A DNA stretch of 20,115 nt from Pseudobdellovibrionaceae bacterium (GTDB lineage Bacteria; Bdellovibrionota; Bdellovibrionia; Bdellovibrionales; Bdellovibrionaceae), in NCBI GenBank assembly GCA_039810425.1, contig JBDHWW010000051.1, forward strand, positions 1 to 20,115. Direction: 5' to 3'. Below are positions 1 through 7,857 of the stretch, piece by piece. A program made the position numbers and the translations under genes. Numbering within the stretch: the first letter of the stretch is position 1; each line of letters opens with the position of its first letter. The notes below the pieces were generated by a model, which did not search any database, was not told the origin of the DNA, and saw only the letters and a list, made by a program, of their open reading frames with translations.

Positions 1-92
1 GGGTTTTGGGGAACTCCATGTCGCGCCTATTAAGCTTGGCACGCTAACGCCAGTCAAGTGGATATGGATGTTCTTTTTTTGTTGAACTTCAA

Positions 93-2030
93 ATGGAGTT
101 TTTGAACGAATCCGCGTTCTTGCTTGAGTCTTATGAAGAGTCGATGATGAGTCTCGAAAATGGCGCCAGACCTGCGGATGATTTGTCGCAGATTTTCCGT
201 GTCGCCCATTCAGTAAAAGGTGGGGCTGCGGCGGTGGGGCTTCCGGATTTATGCAAATTTGCGCATGTGATGGAAGATCTTCTTTCGGTTCTGCGATCAA
301 ACCCTGCGCTTGTGAATTCCAATATAATTTCTTTGTTGCTGCAATCAGGCGATGAGTTGAAAAAAAGAATTTCATCTTTGCAAAAAGGCGCGGACGCTCC
401 GTGGGATACTTCAGCCTTAGTGCAGCAGTTAATTCAAGTGTATGAAGAACTCACTGGAACTAAAAATGTTCATCACGCGGGTACGGAGGCTACGTCACCA
501 GACAATAATGAAGAAACAAAAATCGCCGCACCGGATGATTTTTTTGCCTCCGCGGCGCCGGTGGCTGAACCTGTAGGTGAGGTTGCAAACCTTGATTTAA
601 TGGCAGAGCTTTTAGGCCAAATGAGTCCCGAGGATCGTGCCGCCTATGAAGCGCAAGAAGCTTCGGCAGCAGCACCGGCTCCGGCGCCAACACCTGCACC
701 AACACCAATACCGGCCGCAGCGTCAGCCGCGACACCTGTGGCGCCGGCTAAGGGCAACGCCCCGGCGAAACCACAGAATGCGGTCATCAAAGTGGATACA
801 GGTCGCGTGGACTCGGTATTAGACGCCGTGGGTGAGCTTGTAGTCTTAAAAAATCAGCTGGTACATGATGAGTATATTAAAGCCGGCGGCAATGTCCGTC
901 TTGAGGCCATCGTGGATCAATTGGATAAAGCCGTGCGCGAACTGTATGAGAAAACACTCAGCATTCGCATGACTCCGCTAAAATCACTTTTTGTAAAAAT
1001 CCAGCGCATCGTGCGTGACGTCTCGTTAACTTTGTCCAAACCAGTGGATTTGCAACTGATCGGGGAAGAGACCGAGGTGGAAAGAACGGTTTTTGAACTT
1101 TTAAATGATCCGTTAGTGCACCTAGTAAGAAATGCCATGGACCACGGAGTGGAAAATAGTGAACTTCGTAAGGAGCGAAATAAACCTGCTGCTGCCAAAG
1201 TCACAGTATCAGCGAAGCAGTCCGGCGGAAATGTTCTGATTGAAATCGTTGATGACGGCGGCGGTATTAATCGTGAAAAGGTTCTTAAGAAAGCCATCGA
1301 AAAGAAATTAATACCGATGGGTGTTGATCCAGCTTCTCTGTCTGACGAGACCGTGTTCCAGTTTATTTTTTCCGCGGGATTTTCAACAGCCGACAAGGTC
1401 AGCGATCTTTCAGGTCGTGGGGTGGGCCTTGATGTGGTAAGATCAAATCTTGAAAAAATTAATGGCAAGATCAATATTTCGTCCAAGCTTGGGCAGGGGA
1501 CGACATTCCGCTTAACCATACCGCTGAGTACGGCAATCACAGACGGGATCGTTGTGGCATTGGCGGGCGAACGTTATATTCTGCCAATCCATTCAATTCG
1601 TGAAATCGTGCGCGTGATACCAAAAGACTACACCGAGATTTCAAATGCCGGTAAAGTTGCCAAAGTTCGCGATACTCTTGTTCCGGTGATCAATATCGAC
1701 AGTACACTGGGCGCTATTTCAAGAGATTTAAATGATAAAAATCCCGCTTGGGACCAACGCAAAACAGAATCCCTTAGCTCGCGTCGTGAAGAATCGATGC
1801 TGGTTATTATTGAAACAAACACCGGTCAAATGGCGATGCCGGTGGATGATGTCTTTGGTCAGGCACAGGTGGTTGTAAAACCATTAACAACCGGGGCAAG
1901 TATTCCTGAGGTCGCAGGCGCGGCTATTTTAGGGGATGGTCGTACAGTTCTGATTTTGGACCCGGCGGTTATTGTGGCGACGGCGGTTCAGAACAGCAAG
2001 AGGGATCATGCTCAGGAGCACGCCGCATGA
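93..2030 (+). CDS. cheA: Chemotaxis histidine kinase CheA (HPt, low-complexity linker, dimerisation, HATPase, CheW-like domain); true start probably ATG at 64 via a 1-nt frameshift
   Basis: HPt motif FRVAHSVKG; dimerisation VGELVV; N box HLVRNAMDHG, G1 DDGGG, F/G2 FSAGFST...SGRGVGLDVV; C-terminal GAAILGDGRTVLILD. In-frame residues upstream of 93 (SFFVELQ) look like the start of the HPt helix. Confidence 0.97.
   Translation: MEFLNESAFLLESYEESMMSLENGARPADDLSQIFRVAHSVKGGAAAVGLPDLCKFAHVMEDLLSVLRSNPALVNSNIISLLLQSGDELKKRISSLQKGADAPWDTSALVQQLIQVYEELTGTKNVHHAGTEATSPDNNEETKIAAPDDFFASAAPVAEPVGEVANLDLMAELLGQMSPEDRAAYEAQEASAAAPAPAPTPAPTPIPAAASAATPVAPAKGNAPAKPQNAVIKVDTGRVDSVLDAVGELVVLKNQLVHDEYIKAGGNVRLEAIVDQLDKAVRELYEKTLSIRMTPLKSLFVKIQRIVRDVSLTLSKPVDLQLIGEETEVERTVFELLNDPLVHLVRNAMDHGVENSELRKERNKPAAAKVTVSAKQSGGNVLIEIVDDGGGINREKVLKKAIEKKLIPMGVDPASLSDETVFQFIFSAGFSTADKVSDLSGRGVGLDVVRSNLEKINGKINISSKLGQGTTFRLTIPLSTAITDGIVVALAGERYILPIHSIREIVRVIPKDYTEISNAGKVAKVRDTLVPVINIDSTLGAISRDLNDKNPAWDQRKTESLSSRREESMLVIIETNTGQMAMPVDDVFGQAQVVVKPLTTGASIPEVAGAAILGDGRTVLILDPAVIVATAVQNSKRDHAQEHAA
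672..716 (+). repeat. Pro/Ala/Thr low-complexity repeat in CheA linker (APAPAPTPAPTPIP)
   Basis: Degenerate 6-nt units gcaccg gctccg gcgcca acacct gcacca acacca ataccg, read directly. Confidence 0.7.
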
Positions 2031-2911
2031 GTACCGCAAAAAAAATAGAGAACTCTACGTCATCGCAAAATGCATTTGACTACCAAGAGCTAGAGCTCGC
2101 ACCAAAGACCTATGAGCTCTTTGCGAAAAAAATGTATGAGATTGCCGGCGTGGACTTGCCATTTTCACCAAAGAACCATGCGCTTTTGCGGAACCGGCTG
2201 ATTAGAATTTTGCGCCGCCGGAGTTTAGATAGCTACGAGCAGTACTGGGATATTGTGAAAAATGGTTCTCCAGAAGTTATTTCTGAATTCGTTTCCGCTT
2301 TGACGACGAATATGACCTCTTTCTTTCGAGAGTCCGCGCATTTTGACTTTCTGGGAAAAATCCTGCCAGAAAAATTTGTGCAGTCTGAACTTCGAATTTG
2401 GTGTTGTGCGGCCAGCACCGGGCAAGAGCCCTATACCATTGCTATGACGGTTAAAGAAAGCTTGCCGGACGCCCAGGTAGCCCGTACCCGTATTCTTGCG
2501 ACGGACATCGATATGCAGGTTCTTAAGAAGGCTTCTATCGGGACCTATGAAGAAAAAGAAATGCAGGGTTTGTCTCCAGCCTTAAAACAAAAATATTTTA
2601 ATCGGGTCAAATTAAGGGACAAAAAAGGCAATGATGAGTTCTTTCAAGCCAGTGACGATATTCACAAGCTCATCCAGTTTGCGAATTTTAATCTTATGAA
2701 TGAGTCTTATGTATTTCAGAGCAAGTTTCACATCATCTTCTGTCGAAACGTTTTAATTTATTTCGATGAAGAAACGACAAAGCGTGTGATTGATAGTCTG
2801 ACACAGACATTGGCTCCGGGGGGATACCTTATTCTCGGCCATTCAGAATCTGGCAATGTCAAGCATCCCCATTTAAAGCCGCTTTCACGGGCGATTTATC
2901 AAAAGTTATAG
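2027..2911 (+). CDS. cheR: Chemotaxis protein-glutamate O-methyltransferase CheR
   Basis: Motifs LTTNMTSFFRE, RIWCCAASTGQEPYTIAM, ILATDID, IIFCRNVLIYF, GGYLILGHSES; ATGA overlap with the cheA stop. Confidence 0.97.
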   Translation: MSTAKKIENSTSSQNAFDYQELELAPKTYELFAKKMYEIAGVDLPFSPKNHALLRNRLIRILRRRSLDSYEQYWDIVKNGSPEVISEFVSALTTNMTSFFRESAHFDFLGKILPEKFVQSELRIWCCAASTGQEPYTIAMTVKESLPDAQVARTRILATDIDMQVLKKASIGTYEEKEMQGLSPALKQKYFNRVKLRDKKGNDEFFQASDDIHKLIQFANFNLMNESYVFQSKFHIIFCRNVLIYFDEETTKRVIDSLTQTLAPGGYLILGHSESGNVKHPHLKPLSRAIYQKL

Positions 2912-2918
2912 GTGCAAG

Positions 2919-3974
2919 ATGAGTAAAATTAAAGTTTTAATTGTTGATGATTCGGCCGTGATCCGCAGACTTTTAGAAAAGTTTCTCGCTTCCTCACCCG
3001 ACATCGAGGTGGTGGGCTCTGCGGCGGACCCCTACATCGCCCGCGATAAGCTTGTGCAACTAAAGCCGGATGTTATGACCTTAGACGTGGAAATGCCCCG
3101 CATGGACGGCATCAGCTTTCTTGAAAAAGTCATGCAGCATATGCCCACTCGAACAATTATTTTTTCGAGCCTTGCTAAGACGGGCTCGGAAACCTATTTC
3201 CGCGCTCTGGAGGCCGGTGCTATCGAGATTCTGGAAAAGCCGTCCATTGACGTCAGTCAATCGATGGAAACTCTTGCGGCCGAGATCGTTGAAAAAGTAA
3301 AAGTGGTCGCCAAAGCTCGTTTAAGTCCCATTAAAAAGATTGCGACTCCGAGCAGCGCCGTTCCTAAAATAGCAACGTCTTTAGCGCGCACGACGCATCA
3401 GTTGATCGCGGTGGCGTCTTCCACGGGTGGGACCGAGGCCTTGAAGGTTTTCCTTTCGGGGATGCCGGCGAATATTCCAGGAACTCTTATTGTGCAACAC
3501 ATGCCTCCGGGGTTTACGAAATCATTTGCGGAGAGTCTTAATAGAATGTTTCCCTTTGAAGTGAAGGAAGCCCAAGAGGGGGACCAAGTGGTTCCTGGCC
3601 GGGTGATCATTGCTCCGGGCAATTATCACATGGAGCTCTACCGCAGTGGTGCCTACTATCACGTCAAGCTTCATCAAGATGTTCCACTGCACAGTGTTCG
3701 CCCCGCTGCGGACTATTTGATGAAATCCGTTGCCAAGTACGTGGGTAAAAACGCCTGCGGTGTGGTGCTGACGGGTATGGGTAAAGACGGTGCAGACGGC
3801 TTACTTGAAATGAAAAAAGCCGGTGCATACTGTGTGGCTCAAAACGAAGAGACCTGTGTTGTCTACGGCATGCCTCAGGCAGCCTTCAATGTCGGCGCCA
3901 CCGACAAAATGTTACCCCTCGACAAAATCGCCGGCGACCTGCTTGCGAAAATCAATGCAAAGGAAGCGGCTTAG
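2919..3974 (+). CDS. cheB: Chemotaxis response-regulator methylesterase CheB
   Basis: Receiver domain (VLIVDDS, TLDVEMPRMDG, EKP) plus methylesterase triad motifs SSTGG, QHMP, LTGMGKDG and VVYGMP. Confidence 0.97.
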   Translation: MSKIKVLIVDDSAVIRRLLEKFLASSPDIEVVGSAADPYIARDKLVQLKPDVMTLDVEMPRMDGISFLEKVMQHMPTRTIIFSSLAKTGSETYFRALEAGAIEILEKPSIDVSQSMETLAAEIVEKVKVVAKARLSPIKKIATPSSAVPKIATSLARTTHQLIAVASSTGGTEALKVFLSGMPANIPGTLIVQHMPPGFTKSFAESLNRMFPFEVKEAQEGDQVVPGRVIIAPGNYHMELYRSGAYYHVKLHQDVPLHSVRPAADYLMKSVAKYVGKNACGVVLTGMGKDGADGLLEMKKAGAYCVAQNEETCVVYGMPQAAFNVGATDKMLPLDKIAGDLLAKINAKEAA

Positions 3975-5158
3975 CCCGCGCCTTTGTGCGGTTTGGTTTC
4001 AAAGCGTTTGAATTGGCCGTGCCAGAAGGCCAACTGGCTGCCGCAGATGGTGTAGTCCAATTGTGCCAGTTTCAAAGCCAAAGGCAAAGCTTCGTTTCGG
4101 AGGAAGCCCATTTGGCGGCGTTCGCCTTTACGCATATAAAGATCTATTTTCTGTAAATTGTGAATCAATTGCAGGGCTTTAAAGAACGTGGCTTGCTCTT
4201 GTTTGAACATGCCCAGCTCTTCGCGCAGGAAAAACTGGAAGCGCTCTTCGTTTTGAATGCTTTCAAGATCCCAAGACTCTTCGCCATAGTGGGCCTTTAA
4301 GAATGCAAACATAAAGCCAGAAAGCAATTCGGTTGGATCCTCAAAACGAATTCCGCAACTTTTCATCCGACGCAGATGGTTTTCAAAGGACGATAACTTT
4401 TCGCTGTCTTTGAAGACCGCATCCAGACCCGAAAGAATATTTTCAAGCACATTCAGATCATGAAGCTCTGTGAACGCTCGGGTCGGATCCGGCAGGCGCA
4501 GAATCTTTAGGTACTCTTCGCGACGGCGTGGTAAAACCGCGCGCTTAAGTTCCGGAGCGCATTGAACAATGGCGGCGCGCATTTCAGGGTCAATGATGAA
4601 GCTCAGTTTGTGGGATAAGCGCACGGCGCGAAGGATGCGGATCGGATCTTCGATAAAACGCACGGCTGAACTTCCGATCATGCGCAAAGTGCGGCTGGCA
4701 ATGTCTTTTTGGCCTTCGCAATAGTCGATGATTTTTTGTTGAATCGGATCATAAAACAAAGCGTTGATCGTGAAGTCGCGGCGCTTGGCGTCCTCTTCAC
4801 AAGTGCCAAAGTAGTTGTCGCCCACAACTTCGGATTCACCGTCCTCAAGCTCTTCGGCGCTGACGGTGCGGCGGAAAGTTGCGACCTCAAATTGCTGATC
4901 ACCGCGGCGGACAAGGACTAGCCGGAAGCGTTTACCAATAACATAAGCATGAGGAATTTTACGGCGCACTTGATTTGGATGGGCATTCGTGGCGATATCG
5001 AAGTCTTTGGGATGTATGCCGGCTAGCAAGTCTCGAACGCATCCACCCACAAGGTAAGTTTCAAAGCCTTCATCCTGAAGGATGCGCACGATTTCGCGAG
5101 CGTAAGGATCAATCCAGTCTTCGTGCAATTGGGGTCTTGTTGTCAAAGTTCTCACCAT
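3971..5158 (-). CDS. pcnB: Poly(A) polymerase I (class II nucleotidyltransferase)
   Basis: LVGGCVRDLL...KDFDI, RRDFTINAL, EDPIRILRAVR, plus the PAP-specific signature VIGKRFRLVLV that distinguishes PcnB from CCA-adding enzymes. Confidence 0.9.
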   Translation of the reverse strand: MVRTLTTRPQLHEDWIDPYAREIVRILQDEGFETYLVGGCVRDLLAGIHPKDFDIATNAHPNQVRRKIPHAYVIGKRFRLVLVRRGDQQFEVATFRRTVSAEELEDGESEVVGDNYFGTCEEDAKRRDFTINALFYDPIQQKIIDYCEGQKDIASRTLRMIGSSAVRFIEDPIRILRAVRLSHKLSFIIDPEMRAAIVQCAPELKRAVLPRRREEYLKILRLPDPTRAFTELHDLNVLENILSGLDAVFKDSEKLSSFENHLRRMKSCGIRFEDPTELLSGFMFAFLKAHYGEESWDLESIQNEERFQFFLREELGMFKQEQATFFKALQLIHNLQKIDLYMRKGERRQMGFLRNEALPLALKLAQLDYTICGSQLAFWHGQFKRFETKPHKGAG

Positions 5159-5181
5159 CTCTAAAATTTGCTAGAACTTTG

Positions 5182-5210
5182 GTTTTAACGGAAGGGCTGG
5201 ACCGTGTCAA
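5182..5210 (-). promoter_or_regulatory. Putative sigma70-type promoter for pcnB
   Basis: Minus strand TTGACA (5210-5205), 17 nt, TAAAAC (5187-5182); perfect -35, imperfect -10. Confidence 0.5.
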
Positions 5211-5226
5211 ATTTAGAGGCTAGATT
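5198..5226 (+). promoter_or_regulatory. Putative sigma70-type promoter for the hydrolase gene (probably leaderless transcript)
   Basis: TGGACC (5198-5203), 17 nt, TAGATT (5221-5226), then 6 nt to the ATG at 5233; no Shine-Dalgarno. Confidence 0.45.
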
Positions 5227-5232
5227 ACGGGC

Positions 5233-6048
5233 ATGAGCTACCTTGATTTATTCAATTATCAGCTGACGGGGCCTGAAAACGGCCGAAGATGGGTTTTTAT
5301 TCACGGTCTTATGGGGTACGGAGCCAATTGGCGCAGAATTGTTTCGGGCCTAGAATCCACGGAACGGGTGCTGGTCTACGATCAGCGTGGCCACGGTCGT
5401 TCGCAGAAGCCCGAGTCAGGATACGCTCCCGAGGACTACTCAGAAGATATTTATAAAATCACCGCAGAGCTGGGGTGGGATCAATTCATCCTCGTTGGGC
5501 ATTCGATGGGGGGGCGGAATGTTTTGAATTTTGCCGCTCGCCATCCCGAAAAGCTGATCAAGTTGGTGGTGGAAGACATCGGCCCAGAGGCCGAACCCGG
5601 CGCTGTTGAGTACTATGAAAACCTCTTGGGAATTGTGCCAACGCCTTTTCCAAACCGCGAAGCCGCACGAGACTTTTTCCAGAACGACTTTCCACAGGTC
5701 GCTAAAACACAGGACAAGGTTCAGGTCCTTGCGCAGTTCTTGTACGCGAATATCGAGGACAAGCCGGATGGCACTGCCGATTGGCGCTTTTCCAGGCAAG
5801 GAATATTAAAAACAGTGGTCGAAGGCCGAGCCCAAGATCGCTGGCACGAAATAGAGACACTGAAGATCCCAACCCTGTGGGTGCGAGGCGCTCAATCCCG
5901 TGAATTGACTCGTGAAAGCTATGATAGAATCCTTGGTTTAAATTCGATGATTATGGGCGTCGAAATACCTAATGCGGGGCATTGGGTACATTCAGAGCAG
6001 CCAGTATTGTTTTTACAAACACTCAAGGATTTTGCGGGAGGTTTTTAG
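5233..6048 (+). CDS. Alpha/beta-fold hydrolase, YbfF/ABHD11-like esterase
   Basis: FIHGLMG oxyanion motif, YDQRGHGRS, nucleophile elbow GHSMGG, VVEDIGP, catalytic His in NAGHWVHSEQP. Confidence 0.9.
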   Translation: MSYLDLFNYQLTGPENGRRWVFIHGLMGYGANWRRIVSGLESTERVLVYDQRGHGRSQKPESGYAPEDYSEDIYKITAELGWDQFILVGHSMGGRNVLNFAARHPEKLIKLVVEDIGPEAEPGAVEYYENLLGIVPTPFPNREAARDFFQNDFPQVAKTQDKVQVLAQFLYANIEDKPDGTADWRFSRQGILKTVVEGRAQDRWHEIETLKIPTLWVRGAQSRELTRESYDRILGLNSMIMGVEIPNAGHWVHSEQPVLFLQTLKDFAGGF

Positions 6049-6072
6049 GCTGTCTGGAAAGTGCCTGTTTCT

Positions 6073-6101
6073 TTGACTTTCCTAGAAGTTCTCATTACTT
6101 T
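6073..6101 (+). promoter_or_regulatory. Putative sigma70-type promoter for the DEAD-box helicase gene
   Basis: TTGACT (6073-6078), 17 nt, TACTTT (6096-6101); SD GGAG at 6132-6135 before the TTG start at 6143. Confidence 0.55.
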
Positions 6102-6142
6102 GGGCCTTTTAAGACCTAATCCTGTCTCTTTGGAGTAAGAAA

Positions 6143-7831
6143 TTGAATTTTTCTGAGTTTAATCTAGATCCCGCCCTGAATTCCGCTATTGAAAAACTCG
6201 GTTACACGACCTGCACTCCGATTCAAGAAATGTCGATCCCTGTTACGCTAGAAGGCCGTGATGTCGCGGGCTTAGCCCAAACGGGAACTGGTAAGACCGC
6301 GGCATTTTTGATCCCTCTGATGGATAGAATTTTACGTTCTCGTCCATTACCTCCCGAGGCAACTGAAGAAACCAAGACATTGGTGGCTAAGCGTGCTTTC
6401 CCGGATTGGAAACCTCAAAACTTTATTCTGATCCTCGTTCCAACGCGTGAGTTGGCTGAGCAAGTTCAGGAAAACATCGATAAGCTTTCTGAAGCTTCCG
6501 GTTTGCGCGGTTTTGCGATTTACGGTGGAACTGGCTACGACAAGCAAAAAGAAGCTTTGAGAAATGGCGTTGAATTCATCGCTGCGACTCCGGGCCGCTT
6601 GATTGATTTGTACAAAGAACACCTTGTTGATTTGAAGCAAGTGCGCGCGATCGTTTTCGATGAAGCGGACCGCATGTTTGATATGGGCTTCAAAGACGAC
6701 ATGAAGTATATCCTTCAGCGCATTCCGAAAGAGCGTCAGTTCCTCGTGTTTAGCGCGACTTTGAATTTCGATGTTTTGAATACCGCTTATCAATTCGGCG
6801 CGGACCCTGTGGAAGTGAACATCAGCCGTGACCAAGCCAAAGCTGAAAATGTGAAAGATGAAATCTTCCACGTAGGTCAGGATGAAAAGCCTCAGCATTT
6901 ATTGTCTTTGCTTAAGGTGCATAAGCCTCGCCAGGCCGTGATCTTCACGAACTTCAAGCTCAACGTGGATAAAATCACTCGTTTCTTAAACGACAATGGC
7001 GTTCCGGCGATGGCGATTTCCAGCTTGTTGACTCAAGCGCAACGCACGAAAGTGATGCAGCAGTTTAAAGCGGAGAATGATCTCAATATCCTTGTGGCAA
7101 CGGATGTTGCGGCTCGCGGTTTGGACGTTCAAGGTGTCGACATGGTTGTGAACTTCGAACTGCCGATGGATGCGGAGTCTTACGTTCACCGTATCGGCCG
7201 CACAGGTCGTGCCGGCACAACAGGAATTGCATTCAGCTTGGTGAGTGACCGTGATGTGGATTCATTGTCTCGGGTGGAGGATTACCTCAAACACAAAGTG
7301 ACGGTGGGTTTCCTCGAGGACAAAGATCTCATTAAAGACTACAAACCGTTTGTTTGGTCCGATTCTTCTTATCGTTCTTTCGACCGCGAAGGCGGGGGAG
7401 ATCGTCCGAGCCGTCCACGCCGAGAAGGGGGTGGCGGTGATCGACGCGGACCTCGCGGTGGTCAGCGTTCTAATGACCGTGGTCCACGCAGAGAAGGCCG
7501 TGGTGGAGATCGCGATCAGCAACAGCGTCGCGATCACGGACCTCGTCGTGAAGGCGGAGGTGATCGCGAGCATCGCAATGAAGGACGTGAGCCACGTAAA
7601 GAGGGCTCACATCAGCAGAGCCGCGGCCACCAAAAACGGGGAGCTGAACAACGCAACGATCAACGCCGTCACCAACCGCACGGTGGTAAGCAAGGTCAAC
7701 CGCACAGCGGACCGAGAAATCAGTCCCACGCAAACCGCGGACCTAAAAAGCCACACACATCACCCCAAGCGGCGAAGCAAAAAACCATTAGCCAGAAGGT
7801 CAGCGGTTTTTTCAAAAAGCTGTTCAGTTAA
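6143..7831 (+). CDS. rhlB: DEAD-box ATP-dependent RNA helicase, RhlB-like, with long R/G/Q-rich C-terminal tail
   Basis: Q motif CTPIQ, GRDVAGLAQTGTGKT, PTRELA, YGGTGYDKQ, TPGRL, DEAD, SAT, ATDVAARGLD, HRIGRTGRAG. CTPIQ/GRDVAG/YGGxGYDKQ are RhlB-type variants. TTG start with SD. Confidence 0.88.
   Translation: MNFSEFNLDPALNSAIEKLGYTTCTPIQEMSIPVTLEGRDVAGLAQTGTGKTAAFLIPLMDRILRSRPLPPEATEETKTLVAKRAFPDWKPQNFILILVPTRELAEQVQENIDKLSEASGLRGFAIYGGTGYDKQKEALRNGVEFIAATPGRLIDLYKEHLVDLKQVRAIVFDEADRMFDMGFKDDMKYILQRIPKERQFLVFSATLNFDVLNTAYQFGADPVEVNISRDQAKAENVKDEIFHVGQDEKPQHLLSLLKVHKPRQAVIFTNFKLNVDKITRFLNDNGVPAMAISSLLTQAQRTKVMQQFKAENDLNILVATDVAARGLDVQGVDMVVNFELPMDAESYVHRIGRTGRAGTTGIAFSLVSDRDVDSLSRVEDYLKHKVTVGFLEDKDLIKDYKPFVWSDSSYRSFDREGGGDRPSRPRREGGGGDRRGPRGGQRSNDRGPRREGRGGDRDQQQRRDHGPRREGGGDREHRNEGREPRKEGSHQQSRGHQKRGAEQRNDQRRHQPHGGKQGQPHSGPRNQSHANRGPKKPHTSPQAAKQKTISQKVSGFFKKLFS
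7415..7606 (+). repeat. Four PR(R/K)EG peptide repeats in the helicase tail
   Basis: In-frame PRREG at 7415, 7484, 7541 and PRKEG at 7592. Confidence 0.75.
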
Positions 7832-7837
7832 TCTATC

Positions 7838-7856
7838 GAGGGGAGTTTCTCCCCTC
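7838..7856. terminator. Hairpin between convergent genes; possible bidirectional terminator
   Basis: GAGGGGAG-TTT-CTCCCCTC, perfect 8-bp stem in the 26-nt gap between the helicase stop (7831) and vWA gene stop (7858); no clear U-tract on either side. Confidence 0.6.
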
Positions 7857-7857
7857 A

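Noticed and set aside
36..52. TTGGCACGCTAACGC as a sigma54 promoter for cheA
   Set aside because: Good -24 box but the GC is one base too close and lacks TTGC; sigma54 spacing is strict. Worth rechecking only if this edge sequence proves error-prone.
917..1540. 207-aa antisense ORF inside cheA, and similar antisense ORFs at 6347-6898, 10364-10900 and 16755-17321
   Set aside because: Shadow frames of well-supported genes; no motifs or RBS.
3971..5158. CCA-adding enzyme as alternative call
   Set aside because: The PAP-specific IGKRFRLVLV signature is present; an A-adding tRNA role cannot be fully excluded without assay.
6047..6075. Intrinsic terminator after the hydrolase (AGGC...GCCT then T-rich)
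   Set aside because: Only a 4-bp firm stem with a long loop; too weak to call.
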